Positions 52,035 to 60,574 of a stretch of 64,000 bases of DNA are shown here, one piece after another. The notes beneath the pieces were generated by a model, which was not told where the DNA came from, did no database searches, and saw only the letters and a list, made by a program, of their open reading frames with translations. Origin of the DNA: Planctomycetota bacterium (lineage in GTDB: Bacteria; Planctomycetota; UBA1135; UBA2386); contig CANMWZ010000018.1 in NCBI GenBank assembly GCA_947501605.1, positions 12,780 through 76,779 of the forward strand. Reading direction: 5' to 3'. The position numbers and the translations under genes were made by a program. Positions within the stretch are counted from its first letter, which is position 1. Each line of letters starts with the position of its first letter.

Positions 52035-52436
52035 TCAGGCGTTGATGTAGGTCTGGTTCCAGAGCTTCGCGAGTTGGCGTTCGATCAGCGTGCGCGTGTC
52101 GGCAAGCGACATCCCGGCGATCTTGGCGTCGGCGAGTGCTGCCGCGACCGAGACTTCGATGCGCTTGCGCTCGACTGCCGGGCGCCCGGATGGGCGTTCG
52201 GTCGTCGACAGCACGACCGTGCCGCGCCCGCGCGCGGACGCCAACAGGCCAGCGTCGGTCAGTTCGCGATAGGCGCGGGCAACGGTGTTCAGGTTGATGC
52301 CCAAGTCATTGGCGAGCTGGCGAACAGGCGGCAGTTCGTCGCCGGCGACCAGCTTGCCACTGGCGAGCAGTCGGCGCAGTTCGGCGACGATCTGGTCGTG
52401 CAGTGGTACCTGGCTGCTCAGCGAGACGACGATCAC
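52035..52436 (-). CDS. GntR-family transcriptional regulator (short YtrA-like subfamily)
   Basis: 133 aa. Winged HTH: PLHDQIVAELRRLLASGKLVAGDELPPVRQLANDLGINLNTVARAYRELTDAGLLASARGRGTVV. The short C-terminal domain is typical of YtrA-type members. Confidence 0.88.
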   Translation of the reverse strand: MIVVSLSSQVPLHDQIVAELRRLLASGKLVAGDELPPVRQLANDLGINLNTVARAYRELTDAGLLASARGRGTVVLSTTERPSGRPAVERKRIEVSVAAALADAKIAGMSLADTRTLIERQLAKLWNQTYINA

Positions 52437-52938
52437 GAGCGCAAAGTATCACACTATGCGACAAGTGCAAGGGGGTGGGGACGACCCAGCTTGGCGACTG
52501 GCCGCGCCCGATGGCGGCAAACCTCGCAGCGGCCCCAACAACACGGAGTTTCTCGCGCACCTCGACCGCCATCGGCGACCTGCCGCAGGCGACGCACGAG
52601 TGACGTCCACCGGCAGAGAGTCGGTCGCTGGCCCCGGTGCTTCTGCACCGCAGTAGCGGCGAGCGCCACGTCGTTGCGCCACGTGCGGCGAGGATGAGGC
52701 TCGCGGAGTCACGCCGGCAACTGGTGGATGGGCTGCGCCGAGTCGACGGGCGCACGACGGGCGCCATCTACGTGCCGCATGTCGGGCTCGGCAAGTTGCC
52801 ATTTCCCCAGTGAGTGGCTTGCTTTCGTTGCCACGAAGCTCGGCACGCGATGCAGATCCGCGAGTTCGCAGGCCAACTGGCGGCCAAGTGACCGCACTGG
52901 CGTTGTTGGGCGGGCTCGTCTGACCTAGCCCCGCAGCG

Positions 52939-55900
52939 TCACTTCTGCTGGAGGTGACCCTGGCGCCAGCGGTCGGCGAGTGCCTGAATCGACTCTGTCA
53001 GGAGATCGGCAACGGGCATCTGTTCCAGCAGCGACTCGTCGAATGACGGCTCCGTCTCGGTGACGGAGTCGGAGAGTGCGGCGAAGCGGTTGCGATAGGT
53101 CGACAGCACACTGCGCACGGCGGAAGCAGGAAGCCGGTCGGCGAAGCGAACGTGCAGCAGAGTGATCCCGGTGGTGACGTTGCGGTCGATCTCCGGCACG
53201 AGGATCACCGTGCGATCGTCGCTGCGACCCTTGGCGACGAGGCACTGCTTCTCCATCGCGACGAGGTGCTTGGTTCCCCGTAGCTGCGGGTTCTTCCCGG
53301 TGCGAGAACGCAGCTGTGTCGCGACGCCGCGTTGATCGACGACGTGAATCGTCGCCGTGCCATTCTCGAGGTCGCCGTCGATGCGGTACCGGGTCGAGCC
53401 GAGCACTTCGACGGTGGCGGCGTCGAGGCCCGCGAGCGCCCGAAGGTCGCGGTAGACGATGTGGTCGCGCACGGCGCCAGCAGCAATCGTTGCGCGTACG
53501 AGTGGCACCGTGAGCAGCGTCTCGTCCGAGCGCGAGATGCCGACGGTCACTGTCTTGGCTTGGTGCTTGATCGCATCGACCGGGCGTGTGAGCTGGTCGA
53601 TCGCTGCGGTCAGTTCCTCGGTCAGTGCGTCGACCACGACTCCAGGCGATCCCGGATGGCCGAACTCGACCGCGAAGGAGTCGAGCGGCATCAATGCCAA
53701 CGCATAGTTGAACAGGGAGGTCAGGCTCGCAGATGTTCGGGCTTCCAGGGCGCCGTCATAGCGCCCGAGCATGAGGTCCTTGCGGAAATCGATCCAGTGC
53801 GGCAGCAGTCGTGGTTGTAGGTAGTGCAGTGGCTCGGCGCGCAACTCGCGCTTCGATGCAATCTCTTCGATGGCGCCGCGAGCGCGGCGCAATGGCAGCG
53901 CGAGCATGTCGATTGCGAGCGCGGCGCGGTAGCCGAACAGGTGGCCGGCCATCGTCGACAAGACAAACGCGAGAGACGGGTGCGCGACCGGAACGCTGAT
54001 CGTGGCGGTCGCAGCTGCGAAGCGCTTCTCTCCGGTCGTGGCGATCACGATCGGCGCGGCCTTGTGGGCCTGGTAGATCGCGATCTCCTTGGCAACGTCG
54101 TCGGCGGTCGAGCCGGTGAGGCCCGCAGCGCAGATGAGGATCATCGGTTCGCAGGAGAGATCGATGTGCTTCTTGTCTTCGGTCGCGTCGCACGCGATCG
54201 ACTTGTAGCAAAGCTCACTGAGCTTGATGCGGACCTCGGCCGCAGCGACGCGGTTCTTGCCGTTGCCGACCAGTGCCCAGTGGCGTCGTTGCGGCGCGTG
54301 CGCTGTCGCGATCGCGGCAATCGCGTCGTCCTGCGCCAGAACCTCGCGCATCGCCTTGGGCAGCTCCAGCAAGGCGCGCAAGAGCGAGTCCTCGGCGGCG
54401 TCGTCAGCGACGCCGGCGGCGCGGGCGAGCGTGAGTGCCAGGATCCAGCCCGCAGCGCACTGCGCATAGAAGGCCTTGGTGCTGGCGACGCTCATTTCGA
54501 TGTCGCGTCCATCGCTCGTGAACACGACGCCGTCGGCCTTGTCGCAGAGGTCGCTGCCGCGACGGTTGACGATCGCCAGGACGGGTGCGCCGCGGCCTCG
54601 AACCAGATCCACGGTGCGGTTGGTGTCAGTAGTCGTGCCCGACTGCGAGATCGCGATGATGAGCGTGTCGCGCATGTCGTCGCCGAGGCCGAAGCCCGAC
54701 AGCTCCGTGGCCGGCAGCGCGCGAATGTCGATGGGAGTCTTTGCCAAGGTCTCCGCGAGCGCGGCGGCGACCGCCTGGCCGGCAACAGCAGCCGTGCCCT
54801 GGCCGATCACCAGGATGCGACGGAACTGGCCCGCGCGCAGTGCCGTGGTGACCTTCTCCGGCAACGACGTCGAGGGCAATGCAGCGCGCACTCCGTTGCC
54901 TTCACGCACGATGCGACCACGCAGCGTCTTCTGCAGCGAGACCGGAGCTTCGCTGATCTCCTTCAGCAGGAAGTGCGGGTAGCCGGCGCGATCGATGTCA
55001 CGCGTGGTGACTGTGGCGGTCACTAGGTGCTTGCTCTGCAACGGCAGCGGCGTGCCGTCGAAGGCCTCGCGCGCGATGCCGCCAAGAGTGCCTGCGCGTC
55101 GGCGATCGAGGACGATCACCTGCCCCCGACTCGCGGACGGGTTCTGCGGGTTGCCAGCAGTCTCTCCGTCCATGCGCAGATACTGACGGCAGTCCTCGAT
55201 CACACCGTACGGTTCGCTGGCAACCACGAAGGTGTCGTCGGCGATGCCGATGTACAGGGCCTGACCCGAGCCACGCAGCGACAGTGCGAGGCGGTGTGGT
55301 TCGGACGCAGATGCTGCAGCGACCGCGACCGAGCCGTCAAACGTCGAGACCGTGCGGCGGAACGACTCGGCGAACGCGACGCCGCCCTGCATGTGGCGAG
55401 CCACCAGGGTCGGGATGACCTTGGCATCGGTGGTGATCTCGGGCGCGATGTCGAGCCCGTGCCGCTGCACCAGTTCTTGATGGTTGTCGACGTCGCCGTT
55501 GAGCACGCCGATCAGGTAGGGCGTGCCGCGCGGCGTCTGTTCTTCGCTGTTCAGCGGATGGGTGTTGGGCTGACTGATGACGCCGACGCTGGCCCAGCGA
55601 GTGTGGCCGAGCACGAGCGCTTCGGCGTTGTCGTTCTGCAGCAAGGCGCGCAGCAAGGTGTCCTCGCGGATCGCGGAACGCAGTGCTTTGACGTTGTCGC
55701 CGAGTTCGCCGATCTCGGCCGCGTGCTTGTAGACCAGGTCGATGGCCGTCTCGAGGACTCGAACGGAGCGATGGCCGAAGAGCGGGTCGTCGGTGCGTGA
55801 TTGCGCAATCCTACGGATCTCCGGCGAGTTGGTATCGATCCCCGTGATCAGCACGCTCACCCCGGCCGAGTCGCGCCCGCGGACCTCCAGTCGGTCGAGT

Positions 55901-56376
55901 GCCGCCAGGGCGGTTTGAATGCTGGACCATGAGGTCGCGGCGGCAGGGCCGAGCGCGCCGGGCCCGGCAAGGTCGCGCACGGCTTCGGCGTGCTGTAGGC
56001 GGTCTTTCCAAACGGACCAGAGCGCGTCCTTCAGACGGACGAGTGCTGCGTTGCGCTGTTCGAGTTGGTCGTCGAGGGTCAGCGACGCGTCCTGGTCGAG
56101 CGTGCGTTCAAACGCTGTGACCTGTTGGTGCAGTGCCTCAAGCTGCTGCTTTGCCGTGGCTGCAGCAGCGGGTGCGTCGAGCAGGCAGCGCAGACCGGGT
56201 ACGGAACGGAGCTCGCGATCGAGGTCAGCGAGCGCAGTTGCCGCCGCCGTCAGGTTCTTGGCGTCGAAGCCCTGCGCGATGGCTCTCGTGGCAACGGCGA
56301 CGGCTTGTTCGAGGACTGCGACTGCCGGCGGCGCTTGCCGCGATCTCTGCCGCAACACGGCGATGATGCCACACAT
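52939..56376 (-). CDS. Atypically long (1145 aa) GlmS-like protein: class II (Ntn) glutamine amidotransferase with a ~150-aa insertion, two SIS domains and an extra ~270-aa C-terminal region
   Basis: MCGIIAVL provides the Cys2 nucleophile. A helical insertion follows before RGRDSAGVSVL, then GHTRWASVG and NGDVDNHQEL (GATase-2 motifs). SIS motifs are present (IAISQSGTTTDT; a second SIS around LVGNGKNRVAAAEVRIKLSEL). The region after about residue 870 has no GlmS counterpart that I recognise. Confidence 0.75.
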   Translation of the reverse strand: MCGIIAVLRQRSRQAPPAVAVLEQAVAVATRAIAQGFDAKNLTAAATALADLDRELRSVPGLRCLLDAPAAAATAKQQLEALHQQVTAFERTLDQDASLTLDDQLEQRNAALVRLKDALWSVWKDRLQHAEAVRDLAGPGALGPAAATSWSSIQTALAALDRLEVRGRDSAGVSVLITGIDTNSPEIRRIAQSRTDDPLFGHRSVRVLETAIDLVYKHAAEIGELGDNVKALRSAIREDTLLRALLQNDNAEALVLGHTRWASVGVISQPNTHPLNSEEQTPRGTPYLIGVLNGDVDNHQELVQRHGLDIAPEITTDAKVIPTLVARHMQGGVAFAESFRRTVSTFDGSVAVAAASASEPHRLALSLRGSGQALYIGIADDTFVVASEPYGVIEDCRQYLRMDGETAGNPQNPSASRGQVIVLDRRRAGTLGGIAREAFDGTPLPLQSKHLVTATVTTRDIDRAGYPHFLLKEISEAPVSLQKTLRGRIVREGNGVRAALPSTSLPEKVTTALRAGQFRRILVIGQGTAAVAGQAVAAALAETLAKTPIDIRALPATELSGFGLGDDMRDTLIIAISQSGTTTDTNRTVDLVRGRGAPVLAIVNRRGSDLCDKADGVVFTSDGRDIEMSVASTKAFYAQCAAGWILALTLARAAGVADDAAEDSLLRALLELPKAMREVLAQDDAIAAIATAHAPQRRHWALVGNGKNRVAAAEVRIKLSELCYKSIACDATEDKKHIDLSCEPMILICAAGLTGSTADDVAKEIAIYQAHKAAPIVIATTGEKRFAAATATISVPVAHPSLAFVLSTMAGHLFGYRAALAIDMLALPLRRARGAIEEIASKRELRAEPLHYLQPRLLPHWIDFRKDLMLGRYDGALEARTSASLTSLFNYALALMPLDSFAVEFGHPGSPGVVVDALTEELTAAIDQLTRPVDAIKHQAKTVTVGISRSDETLLTVPLVRATIAAGAVRDHIVYRDLRALAGLDAATVEVLGSTRYRIDGDLENGTATIHVVDQRGVATQLRSRTGKNPQLRGTKHLVAMEKQCLVAKGRSDDRTVILVPEIDRNVTTGITLLHVRFADRLPASAVRSVLSTYRNRFAALSDSVTETEPSFDESLLEQMPVADLLTESIQALADRWRQGHLQQK

Positions 56377-56395
56377 GGATGCTTTCGACTCCTGG

Positions 56396-57607
56396 TCAAC
56401 GGGCCTGCGCCGCGATCGATACGAACTGCTCTAGACGCTGACGAAGGGCGCCGGCGAGCGACGGATCGCCTGACTCTTCGATCGCAGCGGCTAGTTGCTT
56501 GAGCCAGTCTGCCGCAGGTTGCGGCAAGGCTGAGGGTGCGACCGCAGCCTGCGGCCGATCCGTTCGCAACTGCAGGCGAAGCTTGTCGCAGATGACCACA
56601 CCGTTCTCCTGTGGTAGCTCGAGCGCCGTCGCGGTGCGCAGCAGTTTGGTCCAGTGCGCAGGGGCGATCTGTCGCGAATGCGAGCAGTCTGGCGAGGGCC
56701 CTCCCTGCACGAGTCCGTCGGCGGACCACCGCAGGAATAGGTCGCCGTTCTTGCAGGAGAGGATCTCGATCCCGCCCAAGAATGTGAGGTTCGGGTCGGC
56801 CTGCGTAACCGTGGCTGGCGTGCTGCCGCCATCTTTGGCCGCGATGGCGTCCGCGAGGCGAAGGCGCGCCGGCGCGTGCTCCTGATCGGTGGCGTCAATG
56901 CGGTAGCCGCAGTCCGTGCCGAGCAGAGCCGTGAGCGCGGTGAGAGCTTCGGCGGCGCGACGCTTGCCCCACGGGTCGCCGAGAAAGGTGCGTCGGTCAC
57001 TGAGGGCCGTGAAGAGTTCGCGCGAGTTGCCGCGTAGTGCCGCGAGTCGTGTGCGCGCGCGCGGATCAGACTCCACGGTGCGTACGATCTGGCCTGGCGC
57101 AGTCTCGACGTCGAAGTCGCGAGTCGGGTCGTCGGCGAGCCAGCGCGCAAACGTGCGCATCAGCCACGCCGGGTCCTCGACGAACTCGGCGAACACCGGA
57201 GCGAACTTCGCCCGCAGCGCCGCTTCGTTGTGCGCGCGAAGTGCCAGGCCGCGCAGCGCCTGTGCGCGCCAGTAGAAATCGCGATCGAGCGCCCACTGCT
57301 GGAGCAAACCGAGCACAGCTTCGCCGTTACCACCCGCATCGGCGATCGCTTCGACGAGGGCGACGGGCAACGAGTTGAGCCCGAGTTTGTCGGTCCAAGC
57401 GCGCACGGCTGGCATCGCGGCGTCGCCACCCGCTGCGACCTTCTTGCTTGCCGACAGGCGCAAGCCGTAGCGGGCGTGCGTGCACGCGCGTTCGACGTGC
57501 TTCTGCCAGTCCTCGCTGTTGGGCGCGGTCGCATCTTGAGCGGCCGTCGTTGCGGTGAGGCAGGTCAGCAACGCCACCAGCGCGGGTCTCGGAAACGTGC
57601 GGCTCAT
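56396..57607 (-). CDS. Secreted alpha-helical (HEAT/ARM-like) protein of unknown function
   Basis: Trimmed to ATG 57607 (MSRTFPRPALVALLTCLTATTAAQD signal). 403 aa. The start overlaps the DUF3299 gene stop by 4 nt, and the gene ends 19 nt before the GlmS-like start. Confidence 0.6.
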   Translation of the reverse strand: MSRTFPRPALVALLTCLTATTAAQDATAPNSEDWQKHVERACTHARYGLRLSASKKVAAGGDAAMPAVRAWTDKLGLNSLPVALVEAIADAGGNGEAVLGLLQQWALDRDFYWRAQALRGLALRAHNEAALRAKFAPVFAEFVEDPAWLMRTFARWLADDPTRDFDVETAPGQIVRTVESDPRARTRLAALRGNSRELFTALSDRRTFLGDPWGKRRAAEALTALTALLGTDCGYRIDATDQEHAPARLRLADAIAAKDGGSTPATVTQADPNLTFLGGIEILSCKNGDLFLRWSADGLVQGGPSPDCSHSRQIAPAHWTKLLRTATALELPQENGVVICDKLRLQLRTDRPQAAVAPSALPQPAADWLKQLAAAIEESGDPSLAGALRQRLEQFVSIAAQAR

Positions 57608-58011
57608 TGCACCGAGTCGGCGTCGAGGACGTAGATGGAGACGACCTCGTCTTCTTCGGTTTGTTCGCCGACGTAGAGCTTCCCGGTCACCTGCACGATC
57701 CCGGCCTTGATCTCCATCGTGGTGCCTTCCGCGAGAGCGCAGAAGACGATCTCGTTCAGCTTCGGGGTGCCGTTGCAGCCGCAGGCATCGTTGATCATCA
57801 GGAACTGTCCTACCGGCCCGCTGCCTGGTACCTCGCGCGCCATGAAGCCGGACAGTTGGACGATCTTGCCGTCGAGTGCCGTGACTTCGTCGGGCAGTTT
57901 CATGCCCTTGGAGAACTCGAAGCCGGCCAGCACCGCGAAGTTGGTGCGCACGGGGTCCTGCATCAGCAGGCACAGTGGCAGCAGGAGCGCAAACGACTTC
58001 ATGTGGCGCAT
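57604..58011 (-). CDS. DUF3299-like periplasmic protein
   Basis: Trimmed to ATG 58011 (MRHMKSFALLLPLCLLM...). FAVLAGFEF...LPDEVTALDGKIVQLSGFMAREV...FLMINDACGCNGTPKLNEIVF matches my memory of the DUF3299 layout (F..L..F, LdGk.V.i.GFm, internal C.C). Confidence 0.65.
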   Translation of the reverse strand: MRHMKSFALLLPLCLLMQDPVRTNFAVLAGFEFSKGMKLPDEVTALDGKIVQLSGFMAREVPGSGPVGQFLMINDACGCNGTPKLNEIVFCALAEGTTMEIKAGIVQVTGKLYVGEQTEEDEVVSIYVLDADSVQ

Positions 58012-58037
58012 GCTAGCGCGCGAGCCCGGCCGCCGAC

Positions 58038-58259
58038 TCATGTCGCTGGGTTGGCATCCAGCTTGATCACTTCGACGGGACAGTCCTTGGCGGCCTGCTC
58101 GATTTCGTCTTGGAGCTTGCGGAAGTGTGCCGCCGCGTCGGGGCGAATGATGCAGGTGCCGTCGCCGTCGACTTCGAAGACTTGGGGCGCAAGGTCTTCG
58201 CAGACCTTGCACGAGATGCAGCCTTCTTCGATCCAGACACGGCGGATGGGGGACGTCAC
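58038..58259 (-). CDS. Small ferredoxin (single [3Fe-4S]/[4Fe-4S] cluster type)
   Basis: 73 aa: VWIEEGCISCKVCEDLAPQVFEVDGDGTCII...AAKDCPVEVIKL. The CxxCxxC...CP arrangement matches Fer4_13/15-type ferredoxins. Confidence 0.8.
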   Translation of the reverse strand: MTSPIRRVWIEEGCISCKVCEDLAPQVFEVDGDGTCIIRPDAAAHFRKLQDEIEQAAKDCPVEVIKLDANPAT

Positions 58260-58426
58260 GGCGGCCTGCTTAGCCCGCCGCGGCGCTGCGATCTACGGGG
58301 GATCTGCGGGCGGCTCCGAAAGCCGGGATTGTCGCGTGCCAGCGTGGCGTGCGAGTATCGATGCCATGGGGCGGGCGCGCGCTGCAAGGCTGAGCAACTC
58401 CTGAACAAACTTGACAAAGTAGATAG

Positions 58427-58441
58427 TTAGACGCAGTCTAA
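58427..58441. promoter_or_regulatory. Perfect 6-3-6 palindrome TTAGAC-GCA-GTCTAA, candidate Fur/PerR-family operator (autoregulation)
   Basis: It ends 5 nt upstream of the regulator ATG (58447), in the only AT-rich patch of the region. A TTGACA hexamer sits at 58411-58416. A near-identical palindrome lies upstream of ahpC. Confidence 0.55.
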
Positions 58442-58446
58442 GAGAT

Positions 58447-58848
58447 ATGGATCACCCCGCTGTCGTCCGCCTGCTCGAGGCCCATGCGATCCGCCCCTCC
58501 GCGCAGCGGGTTGCGATCGCCGGCTACGTGCTCGCGACCGCCGAGCATCCCTCCGCCGATCAGGTCTGGCGCCGCGTCAAGCTGGAGTTCCCAATGGTCT
58601 CGCGTGCGACCGCCTACAACACTCTTAAGTTGTTCGTGGAAAAAGGGTTGCTTCGTGAACTCGTGTTGGCTCCAGGCTACGCGGTCTACGATCCAAACAC
58701 TGCACCGCACCACCACTTCCTCGACGAAGATCGCGGCTCGATCCACGATGTCCCGTGGTCGGCCCTGACCGTCGACCTCGTGGGCGACTTGCCCGACCTC
58801 GAGGTGCGCAACGTGAGCGTCGTGCTACGAGGCCGACGCCGCAGCTGA
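58447..58848 (+). CDS. Fur-family metalloregulator (PerR-like by genomic context)
   Basis: 133 aa. Fur-type winged helix (RPSAQRVAIAGYVLATAEHPSADQVWRRV...VSRATAYNTLKLFVEKGLL) and an HHHF metal-site region. No C-terminal CxxC pairs. It sits immediately upstream of ahpC / ahpD-like / dps. Confidence 0.8.
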   Translation: MDHPAVVRLLEAHAIRPSAQRVAIAGYVLATAEHPSADQVWRRVKLEFPMVSRATAYNTLKLFVEKGLLRELVLAPGYAVYDPNTAPHHHFLDEDRGSIHDVPWSALTVDLVGDLPDLEVRNVSVVLRGRRRS

Positions 58849-58881
58849 CCTTGGCCGCCGACCCTCGAACATGCCCCTCTC

Positions 58882-58896
58882 TTGGACAGAGTCCAA
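58882..58896. promoter_or_regulatory. Perfect 6-3-6 palindrome TTGGAC-AGA-GTCCAA, second candidate Fur/PerR-family operator
   Basis: It lies 28 nt upstream of the ahpC ATG (58924). It shares the TTrGAC-N3-GTCyAA pattern with the site at 58427. Confidence 0.55.
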
Positions 58897-58923
58897 AACA
58901 ACACAGAGTGCACAGGAGTCACG

Positions 58924-59463
58924 ATGATCACCGTAGGAGACCGATTTCCCGCCTTCCGCATCACCGCCACCCTGTCTCGCGAGTCGGGCAAAGAGTTCGC
59001 GCAGCTGACGGACCAGAGCTTTCCAGGCAAGTGGCTTGTGCTGTTCAGCTGGCCGCTCGACTTCACCTTCGTCTGCCCGACGGAGATCGCTGAGTTCGGC
59101 CGCAGGAACGCGGACTTCCTAGGCCGCGACGCCCAGCTACTCGGGTTGTCGCTCGACTCGGAGTATGTCCATCTCGCCTGGCGCAACCAGCACCCGGATC
59201 TAGCGACCTTGCCGTTTCCGATGCTCGCCGACGTGAAGCGCGAACTCTGCACCGCCCTGGGAATTCTCCACCGCGATGCAGGCATCCCGTTGCGTGCGAC
59301 GTTCGTCGTCGACCCACAAGGCTTGGTCCGCTTCGTCTCGGTCCACGATCTCGATGTCGGTCGCAACGTCGACGAGGTGCTGCGCACCCTCGACGCGCTG
59401 CAGACCGGAGAGATGTGTCCGTGCAACTGGAAGAAGGGCGAGAAGACCCTGGAGATGAAGTGA
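58924..59463 (+). CDS. ahpC: 2-Cys peroxiredoxin AhpC
   Basis: The track ORF 58882..59463 was trimmed to ATG 58924 (AGGAG upstream; MITVGDRFPAFRI...). The peroxidatic site is DFTFVCPTEI. The resolving region is GEMCPCNWKKGE. Confidence 0.92.
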   Translation: MITVGDRFPAFRITATLSRESGKEFAQLTDQSFPGKWLVLFSWPLDFTFVCPTEIAEFGRRNADFLGRDAQLLGLSLDSEYVHLAWRNQHPDLATLPFPMLADVKRELCTALGILHRDAGIPLRATFVVDPQGLVRFVSVHDLDVGRNVDEVLRTLDALQTGEMCPCNWKKGEKTLEMK

Positions 59464-59838
59464 TTGCGGCACTGAGCGCTGCTGGTGGCAGTGACGTGAG
59501 GCCCGAGGTCATGGCCGATGCTCAGGCGGTTGCTGCGCTGATGGCGATGAACAACGCCTGCGACCGCGTTCGCCACATGGTGCAGCAGCCGTCCTACCAG
59601 CCGTTGCCGCCGCGCCTGCAGAAGCTGGCCCTGGCGCAGGCCAACACGACAGTCCCCGAGCTCTTCGGTCTCGCGGTCAGCGTCATCGATGGATGTGATC
59701 CCTGCGTCGTTGCCCGCCAGCGCCTTGTCATCGAAGCCGGGTCGACCGAGGGCCAGGTGAACGATGTCCAGCCGCATTGCTGCGACGGTCAATGCCGTTG
59801 CGACCGCCGCCGCCATGAGGAGGGACGTCGTCGCGTGA
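59460..59838 (+). pseudogene. ahpD: ahpD-like alkylhydroperoxidase (CMD family): N-terminally short, with an apparent +1 frameshift near 59769 and a degenerate active site
   Basis: Frame A (within track ORF 59415..60377) reads ...AALMAMNNACDRVRHMV...LPPRLQKLAL...ELFGLAVSVIDGCDPCVVARQRLVIEAGSTEGQVNDV, colinear with the C-terminal half of AhpD (AIMAMNNVYYRF...LAVSAINGCGMCIDAHE...). After 59768 this frame turns into nonsense-like QPHCCDGQCRCDRRRH. The +1 frame gives the expected tail SRIAATVNAVATAAAMRRDVVA and a stop at 59836-59838. The His of CxxCxxxH is Arg here. This could also be a sequencing error. Confidence 0.55.
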
Positions 59839-59900
59839 ATGTCATGAGCTGCGGCCCAGGGCCAGCTCTCCGAACCCCTAACTACCCCAGGAAAACGATC

Positions 59901-60377
59901 ATGTATGCATCTCCGACCCCGCTACCGCTCGAAGCTCGCGCTGCGATCGTGAAGTCGCTCAACGCGGTGTTGATCGACGGTCTCGACCTGCATTCGCAGA
60001 TCAAGGTTGCGCACTGGAACATCAAAGGTCCGCACTTCGCGGCGCTGCACCCGTTGTTCGACACGTTTGCCACCGAGTTGTCGGTGCACAACGATGCCAT
60101 CGCCGAGCGCGCCGTCACGCTCGGCGGCGTCGCGGTTGGTACCGTGCGGCAGGTGGCGCAGCAGTCGGGTCTGCCCGAACTGCCGGCCCAGGCAACGCGC
60201 GACTTGGAACTCGTCGAGCTGCTCGCATTGCGCTTCGAGAAGTATCTCGGCGGTGTGCGCATCGGCCGCGATGTTGCCGGCGAGTCGGGCGACGAAGAAG
60301 CGGTCGACCTGTTGACCCAAGTGGTGCAGGACTTCGAGAAGCACGCGTGGTTCCTGCGCGCGACTCTTGGTCGCTGA
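59901..60377 (+). CDS. dps: Dps (DNA-binding ferritin-like protein)
   Basis: ATG 59901 (MYASPTPLPLEARAAIVKSLNAVLIDGLDLHSQIKVAHWNIKGPHFAALHPLFD...). The ferroxidase-centre pattern HWN...H..F(D/E)...E is present. 158 aa. Confidence 0.9.
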   Translation: MYASPTPLPLEARAAIVKSLNAVLIDGLDLHSQIKVAHWNIKGPHFAALHPLFDTFATELSVHNDAIAERAVTLGGVAVGTVRQVAQQSGLPELPAQATRDLELVELLALRFEKYLGGVRIGRDVAGESGDEEAVDLLTQVVQDFEKHAWFLRATLGR

Positions 60378-60574
60378 GTCGCGGGCAGAGAGGCGACCCC
60401 ATCGCTGTTCGCGCTGGGGCGGTGCGCCGTACGCGGCAGCCCGAGGGGCGGCAGTCCTTCGAGCTCGGGCGTGACCGGTGGGTGCTGCAAAGGAAACGTG
60501 AGTTTCTCTGCTTCGCCGCACGATCTCGTTCGTAACCTGCCCGCCTGTTTTCCCGACCGAGGTCTAAATACCAC

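Noticed and set aside
52709-52897. 62-aa minus-strand ORF in the 500-nt gap
   Set aside because: It has a GTG start, no recognisable motif, no RBS that I could see, and weaker third-position GC bias than neighbouring genes. It is kept only as a note under the gap finding.
59415-60377. 320-aa ORF that looks like an AhpD-Dps fusion
   Set aside because: The linker (QPHCCDGQCRCDRRRHEEGRRRVNVMSCGPGPALRTPNYPRKTI) is nonsense-like. The expected AhpD tail is in the +1 frame, and Dps has its own ATG at 59901. The ORF is best explained by a frameshift in ahpD that puts it into the dps frame.
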